From Acidobacteriota bacterium (lineage in GTDB: Bacteria; Acidobacteriota; Thermoanaerobaculia; UBA5066; Gp7-AA6), in NCBI GenBank assembly GCA_031360505.1, contig JANMBR010000049.1:1-49604 (forward strand): a DNA stretch of 49,604 bases, written 5' to 3'. This document shows, one piece after another, positions 21,142 through 30,605 of this stretch (position 1 is the first letter of the stretch; each line of letters opens with the position of its first letter). Under the pieces are notes generated by a model, which made no database searches, had not been told where the DNA came from, and saw only the letters and a list, made by a program, of their open reading frames with translations. A program made the position numbers and the translations under genes.

Positions 21142-21504
21142 ATGCCTCGTGTAAAGAGGGGACCCAAGAGAAAGAACCGCCGGGCAAAAACCCTGGCGCT
21201 GGCCAAGGGCTACTACGGAACCAAGTCGAAGTCGTACCGGATGGCGAAGCTCCAGGTGGAGAAGTCGCTCGTCTACGCGTACCGGGACCGCAAGGCGAAG
21301 AAGCGCGACTTCCGCGGCCTGTGGATCGTCCGGATCAACGCCGCGGCGCGCGAGCACGAGATCTCGTACAGCAAGCTCATGGACGGCCTGAAGAAGGCAG
21401 GCAACGAGATCAACCGCAAGATGCTGGCCGACATCGCCGTCTCGGATCCGGCGGCGTTCACGCACATGGTCGGGGTCGCCAAGCAGGCGCTGAAGATTGC
21501 GTAA
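21142..21504 (+). CDS. rplT: 50S ribosomal protein L20
   Basis: MPRVKRG...AKGYYG...[26 protein letters not shown]. Confidence 0.99.
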   Translation: MPRVKRGPKRKNRRAKTLALAKGYYGTKSKSYRMAKLQVEKSLVYAYRDRKAKKRDFRGLWIVRINAAAREHEISYSKLMDGLKKAGNEINRKMLADIAVSDPAAFTHMVGVAKQALKIA

Positions 21505-21526
21505 CGGTCAACGGTAGACGGTCGCC

Positions 21527-22579
21527 GTGCCGCAGGACGCCGCCGAAGCCCTTTTGCGCTCCTTTCGGGAGGAGATCGCGAAGGGTGTGTCTTCGCGGGC
21601 GGACTTCGAGCGCCTCAAGGGGCGCTACCTCGGCCGCGAGAAGGGGCTCGTGCCGGATCTCTTCGCGCAGTTGAAGTCGCTGCCGGCGGCTGACCGCAAG
21701 GCCTTCGGCGCGCGCGCCAACGCCGTCAAAACGGAGATCGAGGAGGCCGTCGACCGGCTCGCAGGCGATCTCGAGCGCCGGGAGTCCACTTCGCGGGATC
21801 TGGCGGCCGCCGTGGACGTGACGCTGCCGGGGCGGCGCACTCGCGAGGGAGGGCTGCACCCGATCACGATCGTCCGGCGCCAGATCGAGGGCATCTTCCT
21901 GCGGATGGGCTACTCGATCGCCGACGGACCGGAGATCGAGAACGACTTCCACAACTTCGAGGCCCTGAACTTTCCGCCGGACCATCCGGCGCGCGACTCG
22001 CAGGACACGCTTTTCATCGATCGCAAGGCCGTTTCGCCCCTGCTGCTGCGGACGCACACGTCGCCCGTCCAGATCCGCGAGATGCGGCGGCACGGAGCGC
22101 CTCTGCGCCTCATCGTTCCGGGCCGCGTGTACCGCAAGGACGAAGTCGACGCGACCCATTCGCCCGTCTTCCACCAGGTCGAAGGCCTCGTCGTGGACCG
22201 CGGCATTTCGATGGCGGATCTCAAGGGGACGGTCGCCGCCTTCCTCGCGGAACTCTTCGGCCCGGGAACGAAGACCCGCTTCATTCCGACGTTCTTTCCG
22301 TTCGTCGAGCCTGGCGTCGATGTCTCCATGAGCTGCATCTTCTGCAAGGGGAGCGGCTGCGGAAAGTGCAAGGGCTCCGGCTGGATCGAGATCATGGGGG
22401 CGGGGATGGTCCACCCGCGCGTGTTGCAGGGCGTGGCGATCGATCCGGAGGAGTACACCGGGTTTGCCTTCGGCCTCGGCATGGATCGCGTGGCCATGCT
22501 CAAGTACGGGTTTCCGGACCTGCGCCTGCTCTTCGAGGGCGACGAGCGCTTTTTGCGCCAGTTCGCAGGCCGCGCATGA
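21527..22579 (+). CDS. pheS: Phenylalanine--tRNA ligase alpha subunit
   Basis: NFEALNFPPDHPARD, LRTHTSPVQIR, HSPVFHQVEG, GFAFGLGMDR; CxxCxxxGCxxC insert. Confidence 0.98.
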   Translation: MPQDAAEALLRSFREEIAKGVSSRADFERLKGRYLGREKGLVPDLFAQLKSLPAADRKAFGARANAVKTEIEEAVDRLAGDLERRESTSRDLAAAVDVTLPGRRTREGGLHPITIVRRQIEGIFLRMGYSIADGPEIENDFHNFEALNFPPDHPARDSQDTLFIDRKAVSPLLLRTHTSPVQIREMRRHGAPLRLIVPGRVYRKDEVDATHSPVFHQVEGLVVDRGISMADLKGTVAAFLAELFGPGTKTRFIPTFFPFVEPGVDVSMSCIFCKGSGCGKCKGSGWIEIMGAGMVHPRVLQGVAIDPEEYTGFAFGLGMDRVAMLKYGFPDLRLLFEGDERFLRQFAGRA

Positions 22580-24675
22580 AGTTCTCGCTCGAATGGCTCG
22601 GGGACTTCGTGGACACCTCCGCGGCCGGCGGGGCCGAGGGCGTCCGCGCGCTGCTCGATCGGGCCGGCATTCCGATCGAGTCCGCCGAGGCCCGGGGCGA
22701 CAATGCCATCCTCGAGGCGGAGATCACGCCGAACCGGCCCGATGCGATGGGGCACCGGGGCCTCGCGCGCGAGGTCGCGGCAATGGCCGGCATTCCGATG
22801 AAGGAGTTCGCGGCCCGTTACGCGGAGCCCGAGGCGAGCGGCGAGGCGACGGAGCAGGTCGCCTCGATCGTGCTCCAGGTGCCCGGCCTCTGCCGCCGCT
22901 TCGGTGCGCGCATGGTGCGCGGCATCGGCCCGCGGCCCGCCTCCGACCTCGTGCGGGCCCGCCTCGCCGCGATCGGCGCGAAATCGATCTCGGCCGCGGT
23001 GGACGCGACGAACTACGTGCTCTGGGACACGGGACAGCCGCTGCACGCCTTCGACTTCGACAAGCTCTCCGGAGGAATGCTGATCATCCGCAAGGCGCGT
23101 CGGGGCGAGAAGCTCGTCACGCTCGACGGCATCGAGCGCATCCTGGAGTCGTCCGACGTCGTGGTCGCCGACGGGAATCGCGCGGTCTCGCTGGCCGGCA
23201 TCATGGGCGGGCTCGATACGGCCGTGACCGACGCGACGACGAACGTCCTGCTCGAGGCGGCGTGGTGGGATCCCTCGACGGTCCGGCGCACCGCGCGGCG
23301 CCTCGGGATGCACACCGACGCCTCGCACCGTTTCGAGCGCAGCGCCGACATCGACGCGATTCCGGGAGCCCTCAACCTCGCCGCGCGCCTGCTCGCGGAG
23401 TCGGCGGGGGGCGTCGTGGCGCCGGGGCTGCTCGACGTGCACGGCAAGCTGTTCCGCATCCGGCGCACGGCCCTGCGCCTGACGCGCCTGCGCCTCCTCT
23501 CCGGGGACAACCACCTCGGCCTCGATTTTGCGGAGGAGGCGCTCGGGCGGCTGGGGTTTGCGACCGAGCGCAAGGGCAAACGCCTCTCCGTCTCGATCCC
23601 GCTCTACCGCACGGACGTGCGCCGCGAGGACGACCTCGTCGAGGAAGTGCTCCGGGTCTATGGCTACGACCGGCTGCCCTCGCGCCTGCCGCCCGCGACG
23701 GGCGCCGGGCAGATCAAGGAGCCCCTGCGGGGGGTCGAGGATCGCCTGAGCGACGCGGCCGCAGCGGCGGGCCTCTACGAGGCGGTCAACTATCCTTTCG
23801 TCGATCGCGACGGGGAAGAGGCGCCCTACGGCGACTGGCTCCGTCTGACGGACACGGCGCTCGAGCCTCTTGCGCTCGTGAACCCGCTCGACGCGTCGCG
23901 CCGGCACCTGCGGGCGACGCTGCTGCCGGGCCTGCTCGACGCGGTCGCGCGCAATTTGCGCCACGGCGCCCGGGAGTCGGCGCTCTTCGAGGTCGGCCGC
24001 GCTTTCGGCTCCCGCGGCGAATCGGACACGCCCGAATCCTACGAATCGCGACGCTTCGCCTTTGCCCTCGCCGGTGACCGCCGCTCGCACTGGAGCGTCC
24101 CGGAGAAAATGCGTTCCGCCGACTTCTTCGACGCCAAGGGTCTCGTCGAGGTGCTGCTCGGCCCGTGGGCATCCGCTTCCGAGCTCGTCTGGAAGCCGGT
24201 CCACGTCGAGGGTTTCACCGCTGGTGCGGTCGCGACGGTGGAGAAGCTTTCGGGAGGCCTGCTCGGCATCGCCGGTCTCGTCTCGGGGCCGGAGCGCCAG
24301 AAGCGCGGGCTCGCGGCTGCCGTGTTCGCCGGTGAGATCCTCGTCGACGCCATCCCCGCGGGCGAGCGGCCGTCGCGCTTCGAGGAGTACTCGACGCTTC
24401 CGGCCATCAGCGCAGACCTGACGTTCGCTCAGCCCAAGGATCTGGCCTGGCGGGAACTGGAGCAGCTCGTGCGCTCCCGGGAGCTCCCGCACCTCGAGTC
24501 GGTCTCGTGCGTCGACCGGTACGAGGGGCCAGGGGTTGCGGCGGGGCAGGTGAAGACGACTGTGCGCCTGACGTTCCGGTCGCCGGACCGGACGCTCGAG
24601 CAGGAAGAAGTCAACCGCCAGGTGCGGTGCCTGGCCGAGGAGCTCGTCTCCCGGCCTGGAATTACGTTTGCGTAA
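22576..24675 (+). CDS. pheT: Phenylalanine--tRNA ligase beta subunit (short form, 699 aa)
   Basis: MKFSLEWL, EITPNRPDAMGHRGLAREVA, GQPLHAFD, TDASHRFER, EDDLVEEVLRVYGYD, FRSPDRTL. ATG overlaps the pheS stop. Confidence 0.97.
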   Translation: MKFSLEWLGDFVDTSAAGGAEGVRALLDRAGIPIESAEARGDNAILEAEITPNRPDAMGHRGLAREVAAMAGIPMKEFAARYAEPEASGEATEQVASIVLQVPGLCRRFGARMVRGIGPRPASDLVRARLAAIGAKSISAAVDATNYVLWDTGQPLHAFDFDKLSGGMLIIRKARRGEKLVTLDGIERILESSDVVVADGNRAVSLAGIMGGLDTAVTDATTNVLLEAAWWDPSTVRRTARRLGMHTDASHRFERSADIDAIPGALNLAARLLAESAGGVVAPGLLDVHGKLFRIRRTALRLTRLRLLSGDNHLGLDFAEEALGRLGFATERKGKRLSVSIPLYRTDVRREDDLVEEVLRVYGYDRLPSRLPPATGAGQIKEPLRGVEDRLSDAAAAAGLYEAVNYPFVDRDGEEAPYGDWLRLTDTALEPLALVNPLDASRRHLRATLLPGLLDAVARNLRHGARESALFEVGRAFGSRGESDTPESYESRRFAFALAGDRRSHWSVPEKMRSADFFDAKGLVEVLLGPWASASELVWKPVHVEGFTAGAVATVEKLSGGLLGIAGLVSGPERQKRGLAAAVFAGEILVDAIPAGERPSRFEEYSTLPAISADLTFAQPKDLAWRELEQLVRSRELPHLESVSCVDRYEGPGVAAGQVKTTVRLTFRSPDRTLEQEEVNRQVRCLAEELVSRPGITFA

Positions 24676-24689
24676 GGGAGTAGGACAGC

Positions 24690-24935
24690 ATGGACAACGT
24701 CAAGGTCTTCGATGCGCTGGACAAGAAAATCGAGAGGCTGCTCGGACGCCTCAAACAGCTCGAAACTGAGAATGAGAAGCTCAAGTCCGACCTGGCGTCG
24801 GCCCGCAAGTCGGAAAGAGACGCCGGCGACTCGAAGGGGGCCGTCGAGCGTCTCGAGCGGGAGCAGGAAACGGTCCGGGAGCGCCTGGAGAAGCTCATCC
24901 ACGCGCTCGAAGCCGCCGACGAAAAGAAGTCGTAA
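24690..24935 (+). CDS. ZapB-like coiled-coil cell division protein
   Basis: 81-aa heptad coiled coil in the usual pheT-(zapB)-zapA position. Confidence 0.7.
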   Translation: MDNVKVFDALDKKIERLLGRLKQLETENEKLKSDLASARKSERDAGDSKGAVERLEREQETVRERLEKLIHALEAADEKKS

Positions 24936-24961
24936 GCCTGCCGCGGGTTAGGCCTAAACCG

Positions 24962-24991
24962 TTGACTCCCTTGGCCTACAGGAAATAGACT
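24962..24991 (+). promoter_or_regulatory. Sigma70-type promoter for zapA-(ssrS)-rny
   Basis: TTGACT-18 nt-TAGACT. Confidence 0.6.
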
Positions 24992-25019
24992 CGCGTCGGA
25001 AAGGAGTCAGTGCTCACGA

Positions 25020-25313
25020 TTGGATAAGCGGGGCAGTGTGACTCAGGTCGAAATCTTCGGGCAGACGTACAGCGTCCGCGCCGACGGCGAAAGCGGCTAC
25101 ATTCACGATCTGGCCCGTTTCGTCGATTCCCGTATGAAAGAAGTGGCGGAACGGACGGCGACGGTCGACACCACGAAAATCGCGATTCTCGCCGCCCTGA
25201 ACATTTCGGACGATCTTTACCAGGCGGAAAAACGACGGCAGGGCGACCCCACGGATGCGAAGGCCCGTGTGGAACGCCTGATTCGAAAACTGGACGACGC
25301 CCTGGGCGCCTGA
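25020..25313 (+). CDS. zapA: Cell division protein ZapA
   Basis: VEIFGQTYSVR...LARFVDSRMKEV...KIAILAALNISDDL. Start is TTG 25020 or GTG 25038. Confidence 0.93.
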   Translation: MDKRGSVTQVEIFGQTYSVRADGESGYIHDLARFVDSRMKEVAERTATVDTTKIAILAALNISDDLYQAEKRRQGDPTDAKARVERLIRKLDDALGA

Positions 25314-25317
25314 AGGC

Positions 25318-25462
25318 GAGGCGTCGGCACCCCGAGAGTATCGGGGACACGCGAAGGAATACGAGTGGTCCTGTGGAAGGGTCTGGCGGTTGATGCTGAA
25401 CCCTCGTCGGAAGAGACTCTTCCGGTTCGCCGTGTAGCCGCGCTCGCGTCCTGAGGCGCCCC
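25318..25462 (+). ncRNA. Candidate 6S RNA (ssrS) or other structured RNA
   Basis: 171-nt gap at the conserved zapA-ssrS-rny position, with long-range pairing (ACGCGA/TCGCGT, GAACC/GGTTC). Boundaries are approximate. Confidence 0.5.
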
Positions 25463-25484
25463 CCGGGCTTTTTGGGGGGGCCGA

Positions 25485-27053
25485 ATGAATACAACTTTTG
25501 CGATGGCGGCCGCGGCGGGCCTCGTTTTCGCCGTGGTGCTGCTGGCCATCGGCTTCTTCTTCCTGCGGAAGAAGGTCGGGTCTGAGCGCCTCGGCATTCG
25601 AACCGAGGCCGAGCGGGCGCTGGCCGATGCCCGCAAACAAGCCGACTCCAGGCTACGCGAGGCCGACATCGAGGCCAAGGAAAAGGTCCTCGCGGCGCGA
25701 GCCGAGTTCGACAAGACGGTCCAGGCGAGGCGGCAGGAGATTGCCACCCTGGAGAATCGCGTCCAGCAGAAAGAGGAAAACCTCGACCGAAAGCTCTCCC
25801 AGCAGGAGCGCCGGGACGAGGAGTTCAGCCGCAAGGAAAAGGCCGTTTCCGACGCCCAGAAGAAGCTCGAGGAGGCCCATGCCGAGACCCAGAAGGTCAT
25901 CGAAGAGCAGCGCAAGCGGCTCGAGCAGATCGCCGGCCTGACGGCGGTCGACGCCAAGCGGGACCTCGTGAAATCCGTCGAGAACGAGGCCCGCATCGAA
26001 TCGGCCGGGCTGATCCGCCGCATCGAGGAAGAGGCCAACGAGCAGGCGAGCCAGAAAGCGCGCCGGATCATCGGCATGGCGATCCAGCGCCTCGCCTCCG
26101 ACACGGTCGTCGAGGCAACGGTGTCGGTCGTCGAACTGCCCTCGGACGACTTGAAGGGGCGCATCATCGGCCGCGAGGGCCGCAACATCCGGGCGCTCGA
26201 GGCCGCGACGGGTGTCGACCTCATCATCGACGACACACCCGAGGCGATCGTCATCTCGGCGTTCGAGCCGCTGCGGCGCGAGGTCGCGCGGCACGCCCTC
26301 GAAAAGCTCATCGTGGACGGGCGCATCCATCCCGCCCGTATCGAAGAGGTCGTCGAGAAGGTGCGCTCCGAGCTCTGGGAAAAGATCCGTCAGGAGGGCG
26401 AGGCCACGGCGCTCGAGTTCGGGATCCCGGACCTTCACCCGGAGCTCATCAAGATGCTCGGGCGGCTCAAGTACCGCACTTCGTACGGCCAGAACGTGCT
26501 GCAGCACTCCAAGGAAGTCGGCTGGCTGGCGATGAACATGGCGGCCGAGCTCGGCGCCAACGTCGAGGTCGTGCGCCGCGCGGGCCTCCTCCACGACATC
26601 GGCAAGGCCATCGACCGCGAGATGGAGGGCACGCACCTCGAGCTCGGCCGGGAAGTGCTGAAAAAGTTCGGCGAGTCCAACGAGGTGATCCACGCGATGG
26701 AGTGCCACCACGGCGACTATGAGCCGCGCTCGCTCGAGGCGGTCCTCGTCAACGGCGCCGACGCGCTCTCGGCCGCGCGGCCGGGCGCCCGCCGCGAAAT
26801 CCTCGAGACCTACGTCAAGCGCCTCGAGAAGCTCGAGCACATTGCCGACGGCTTCAAGGGCGTGCAGAAAGCGTTCGCCATCCAGGCAGGGCGCGAGCTG
26901 CGCATCGTGGTCGAGGCCAACCGCGTGACCGATGACGAGGCCCTGTGGCTCTCGCGCGACATCGCCAAGAAGATCGAGGCCGAGCTGCAGTATCCGGGAC
27001 AGATCAAGGTCACGGTGATCCGGGAGACGCGCGCCGTCGAGTACGCGCGCTAG
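25485..27053 (+). CDS. rny: Ribonuclease Y
   Basis: N-terminal TM, coiled coil, KH ([16 protein letters not shown]), HD domain (LLHDIGK), [12 protein letters not shown]. Confidence 0.98.
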   Translation: MNTTFAMAAAAGLVFAVVLLAIGFFFLRKKVGSERLGIRTEAERALADARKQADSRLREADIEAKEKVLAARAEFDKTVQARRQEIATLENRVQQKEENLDRKLSQQERRDEEFSRKEKAVSDAQKKLEEAHAETQKVIEEQRKRLEQIAGLTAVDAKRDLVKSVENEARIESAGLIRRIEEEANEQASQKARRIIGMAIQRLASDTVVEATVSVVELPSDDLKGRIIGREGRNIRALEAATGVDLIIDDTPEAIVISAFEPLRREVARHALEKLIVDGRIHPARIEEVVEKVRSELWEKIRQEGEATALEFGIPDLHPELIKMLGRLKYRTSYGQNVLQHSKEVGWLAMNMAAELGANVEVVRRAGLLHDIGKAIDREMEGTHLELGREVLKKFGESNEVIHAMECHHGDYEPRSLEAVLVNGADALSAARPGARREILETYVKRLEKLEHIADGFKGVQKAFAIQAGRELRIVVEANRVTDDEALWLSRDIAKKIEAELQYPGQIKVTVIRETRAVEYAR

Positions 27054-27056
27054 AGC

Positions 27057-27839
27057 ATGCACATCCTCTTCGTCGGCGACATCGTGGGCGCGCCGGGCCG
27101 CCGCGCGCTCGTCGAGGGGCTGACGGGCGTGATCGATCGCCACAAGGTGGACTTCACGATCGTGAACGTCGAGAACGCGGCTGGCGGCTTCGGGCTGACG
27201 GTCGAGCTCTTTGAGGAGCTCTCGAAGATGCCGATCGACGTTTTCTCCTCCGGCAATCACATCTGGGACAAGAAAGAGATCTACGACACGCTGAACTCGT
27301 CGGACCGATTGCTGCGGCCCGCGAACTACCCGCCGGGCAACCCCGGCCGCGGCTGGACGGTGCAGCAGACGGCCTCCGGCATTCCCGTCGGCGTGCTGAA
27401 CCTGCAGGGTCAGGTCTTCATGCCCGCCAACGCCGACTCGCCCTTCCGGGTGGCCGATGAAGAGCTCGCGCGCGCGGGCGACGTGAAGGTGATCTTCGTC
27501 GACATGCACGCCGAGGCGACCTCCGAGAAGGCCGCCATCGGCTGGTACCTCGACGGCCGCGTCTCGGCGGTCGTGGGCACCCACACCCACGTGCCGACCG
27601 CGGACGAAACGATCCGCCCGGGCGGCACCGCGTACCTCTCCGACGCCGGCATGACGGGCGCGTACGAGGGCATCATCGGCTTCTCCAAGGACCGCATCAT
27701 CGAGAAGTTCCTTTCCCAGACCCCGCGATCCTTCGAGACGGCCAAGAAGGACATCCGCCTGTCCGGCTGCGTGGTGGACGTCGACGAAGCGACCGGAAAG
27801 GCGAGGAAGATCGAGCGCGTGCAGGTGAGGGTGGACTAG
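27057..27839 (+). CDS. ymdB: YmdB-like metallophosphoesterase (TIGR00282)
   Basis: GDIVG, NVENAAGG, GNHIWD, DMHAEATSEK, GTHTHVPTAD; follows rny. Confidence 0.95.
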   Translation: MHILFVGDIVGAPGRRALVEGLTGVIDRHKVDFTIVNVENAAGGFGLTVELFEELSKMPIDVFSSGNHIWDKKEIYDTLNSSDRLLRPANYPPGNPGRGWTVQQTASGIPVGVLNLQGQVFMPANADSPFRVADEELARAGDVKVIFVDMHAEATSEKAAIGWYLDGRVSAVVGTHTHVPTADETIRPGGTAYLSDAGMTGAYEGIIGFSKDRIIEKFLSQTPRSFETAKKDIRLSGCVVDVDEATGKARKIERVQVRVD

Positions 27840-27849
27840 GGGAATTCCT

Positions 27850-28668
27850 ATGCGCCCGCGCCTCACCGCCATCGTCACCACCCTCAACGAGGCCGTCAAC
27901 ATCCGCGAGTGCCTCGAGAGCCTTGCCTTCGTGGACGAGATCCTGCTCGTCGACTCCTTCTCGACCGACAACACGGTCGAGATCGCGCGCGCGATGCCCG
28001 GCGTGAAGGTCGTCCACCGCGAGTACTTCGGGTCGGCGGCGCAGAAGAACTGGGCCATGGACCAGGTGACGACGCCGTGGCTGCTGATCGTGGACGCGGA
28101 CGAGCGGATTCCTGCCGCGCTCGCGCAGGAAATCCTGCGCGCCCTCGATCGGGGCCCCGAGGTGGACCACTATTTCATCCGCCGGGAGAACGTGTTCCTC
28201 GATCGCGTCATCCGCCACTCCGGCTGGTCGACCGACAAGGTCATCCGCCTGATCAAGCGCGGGACGGCGCGGTACCCGAACCGGCGCGTTCACGCGGACC
28301 TCGCCGGGGAGGGACCGACGCCGACACTCCTGTCGCCGATGATCCACCACACGTGCCGCTCACTCGGACAGTACCTGGAGAAACTCCACCGGTACGCGAC
28401 CTGGGGCGCCGCCGACGTGTTCCGGCAGGGACGCCGTGCCGGCCCGATCGAGCTGCTCCTGCGCCCCTCGTGGCGTTTCGTCCGGATGTACGTGATCCAG
28501 GCCGGCTTTCTGGATGGCCGCCACGGCCTCGTCCTCTGCGCGCTCCAGGCCTGGGGCGTCTTCCTCAAGTGGGCGAAGGTCTGGGAGTGGGAGCGGTTTC
28601 GACAGAACGGCTGGCCGATCGACCTGCCCGCATATGATGAGGCGAAGGAAACATGGGAAGGCACTTGA
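27850..28668 (+). CDS. Glycosyltransferase family 2 (WaaE/KdtX-like)
   Basis: LNEAVNIRECLESL, VDSFSTDNT, QKNWA, VDADE, GFLDGRHG. Confidence 0.9.
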   Translation: MRPRLTAIVTTLNEAVNIRECLESLAFVDEILLVDSFSTDNTVEIARAMPGVKVVHREYFGSAAQKNWAMDQVTTPWLLIVDADERIPAALAQEILRALDRGPEVDHYFIRRENVFLDRVIRHSGWSTDKVIRLIKRGTARYPNRRVHADLAGEGPTPTLLSPMIHHTCRSLGQYLEKLHRYATWGAADVFRQGRRAGPIELLLRPSWRFVRMYVIQAGFLDGRHGLVLCALQAWGVFLKWAKVWEWERFRQNGWPIDLPAYDEAKETWEGT

Positions 28669-28708
28669 GCCGATGATCGGGCTCCTGAAGTCCATGTGGA
28701 GGAAGCCG

Positions 28709-29149
28709 ATGATGCTGAACGTTGGAGACCCCGCCCCCGGTTTTACGGTCCAGGATCACACGGGCGCCGCGCGCCGGCTTTCGGACTACGCGGGCAAGTT
28801 CGTGGTCCTCTGGTTCTATCCGAAGGCCGATACACCCGGTTGAACGATCGAGGGTTGCGGGTTCCGCGACCTTTACGCCGACTTCCAGAAGAAGAATGCC
28901 GAGATTCTGGGCGTCTCGTTCGACACGGTCGAGGAGAATGCGGCCTTCGCGAAGAAATTTGATTATCCCTTTCCCCTCCTCTGCGACGTGAAGCGGGAGA
29001 TCGGCGTGGCCTACGGCGCCGCCGCCGACGCCAGCGCCGGGAATGCCTCCCGGATCACCTACGTGATCGGGCCGGACGGGAAGATCGCCCAGGCCCACCC
29101 GAAGGTGTCGGTCAAGGGACATCCGGAGGAGATCCTGGCGTCGCTCTGA
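28709..29149 (+). CDS. bcp: Selenocysteine-containing BCP/PrxQ peroxiredoxin (146 aa, TGA 28841-28843 = Sec)
   Basis: MMLNVGDPAPGF...WFYPKADTPG-TGA-TIEGCGFRD...ILGVSFD...FPLLCD...RITYVIGPDGKI...GHPEEILASL*. The TGA occupies the peroxidatic Cys of PxxxTxxC, the frame stays intact on both sides, and a GGAGG RBS is present. Confidence 0.9.
28844..28873 (+). promoter_or_regulatory. Bacterial SECIS-like hairpin
   Basis: AGGGTTGCGG-GTT-CCGCGACCTT: 10-bp stem with 2 G-U pairs. The apical loop begins with G, 17 nt after the UGA. Confidence 0.75.
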
Positions 29150-29177
29150 AGAGCTGCGCCACCGATATACTCCGCCC

Positions 29178-29429
29178 ATGGTCGATCCGGAGCTGCTCGC
29201 GATTCTCGTCTGTCCCAAGACGAAGGGCCCGCTCGAGCTCGTCGAGTTGAAGGAATCCACGCGCAAGGCGCTCGTCGACAAGTACCGGGAGAAGTTTCGC
29301 GACGAGGAGCCCGTCGTGACCCAGGGCCTCTACTCGAAGCAGGCCGACCTGGTGTACCCGATCGTGTCCGACATCCCGGTCATGCTGATCGACGAAGCCC
29401 TGCCCGGCTCGGAGGCCGCGGGTCGCTGA
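29178..29429 (+). CDS. Trm112/YcaR family protein
   Basis: DPELLAILVCPKTKGPL...YPIVSDIPVMLIDEA, with an internal insertion of about 25 aa. Confidence 0.85.
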   Translation: MVDPELLAILVCPKTKGPLELVELKESTRKALVDKYREKFRDEEPVVTQGLYSKQADLVYPIVSDIPVMLIDEALPGSEAAGR

Positions 29430-29447
29430 CCGCTGATCGCTGAAAGG

Positions 29448-30596
29448 GTGCCTCTGCGCCGGCTCGCCTTCGCCTTCCTCGTTCTCTTCGCCTTCCTGAC
29501 CCCGTTCATCGCGCCGGCGTACATCGCCGCCGGGCTCGTCCTCGCCGCCTGGACGACTTCGATCGTGCGGGAGCGGCGGCTGCCGGAGAGCCTGCGCTCG
29601 CCCATCAGCTTCGTCCTCCTCGTGCTGGCGCTTCTGACGGTGCTCTCGGCCGTCTTCTCGCGCGACCCGGCCGCGAGCGCGCGGCACCTGCCCGGGCTCT
29701 CGCTCTTTCTGCTCGTCCCGATCGCCATGGACCTTTGCGACACACTGCCGCGCGCGCGGACGGTTTTCCTCGCGGTCGCGGCCTCGGGAACGGCCCTGGC
29801 GCTTTACGGGATCTGGCAGTTCCTCCATGGGGGCAACGACCTCCAGAGCCGGATCCGCGGCACGCTCTCGCACTACATGACTTTCTCGGGCATCACGATG
29901 CTGGCCGGCTGCCTGCTGCTCGGCTACGCACTGGAGGCTTCGGGGCGCTGGCGGGTGCTGGGACTCTGCTGCCTGATTCCCTTTGCGGCGCTCCTGCTGA
30001 CCTTCACGCGCGGAGCGTACGTGGGTGTGGTGGCGGCGCTCGTCGTCTACGCGGCCGTGCGGCGCCCGCGCACCCTGCTCTGGGTCGCCCCGGTTCTCGT
30101 CGTCGTCTACCTCCTCGCCCCGGCGGGAATCCGCGACCGCATCCGATCGACGACGGATCTCTCGGACCCGACCAACCGCGACCGGATCGCGATGGCGAGG
30201 GCGGGCGCCCGGATGGTCCGGGACTTTCCCGTCTTCGGCCTCGGGCCCGAAATGGTCAAGCGCTACTACCCGCTCTACCGCGATCCCGACGCGCCGCGCT
30301 GGAGCGTGCCGCACCTCCACAACAACGTGATCCAGATCGCCGCGGCTAACGGCCTCTTCGCCGCGGCCGCGTACCTCGTCCTCGTCGGGCTCGTTCTGGC
30401 CCGCGCGGCCGTGCTCGCCCGGCAGGGCGACCCTCCGCAGCAGGCGGCGCTCTGGGCCGGGGCGCTGCTCGCGGGCGCTGCGCTGGCGGTCGCCGGCCTC
30501 TTCGAGTACAACTTCGGCGACACGGAAGTCGAGATGGCGACGCTGCTCGTTTTCGCGATGCCCTTTTCGGGCGCCGCGAAAGCGGGCGGAGATTAG
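29448..30596 (+). CDS. O-antigen ligase (WaaL/Wzy_C) family membrane protein
   Basis: About 10-12 TM segments, LLTFTRGAY, RIAM...FPVFGLGP, PHLHNNVIQ. Confidence 0.88.
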   Translation: MPLRRLAFAFLVLFAFLTPFIAPAYIAAGLVLAAWTTSIVRERRLPESLRSPISFVLLVLALLTVLSAVFSRDPAASARHLPGLSLFLLVPIAMDLCDTLPRARTVFLAVAASGTALALYGIWQFLHGGNDLQSRIRGTLSHYMTFSGITMLAGCLLLGYALEASGRWRVLGLCCLIPFAALLLTFTRGAYVGVVAALVVYAAVRRPRTLLWVAPVLVVVYLLAPAGIRDRIRSTTDLSDPTNRDRIAMARAGARMVRDFPVFGLGPEMVKRYYPLYRDPDAPRWSVPHLHNNVIQIAAANGLFAAAAYLVLVGLVLARAAVLARQGDPPQQAALWAGALLAGAALAVAGLFEYNFGDTEVEMATLLVFAMPFSGAAKAGGD

Positions 30597-30605
30597 AATC
30601 TCCCG

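Noticed and set aside
25010-25027. Mini-ORF GTG-LTIG* after AAGGAG upstream of zapA
   Set aside because: RBS-to-start spacing is only 3 nt and there is no other support; likely chance.
28709-29149. bcp as a nonsense pseudogene
   Set aside because: The stop is TGA exactly at the catalytic Cys, both halves are intact and a SECIS-like hairpin follows, so Sec recoding is the better explanation.
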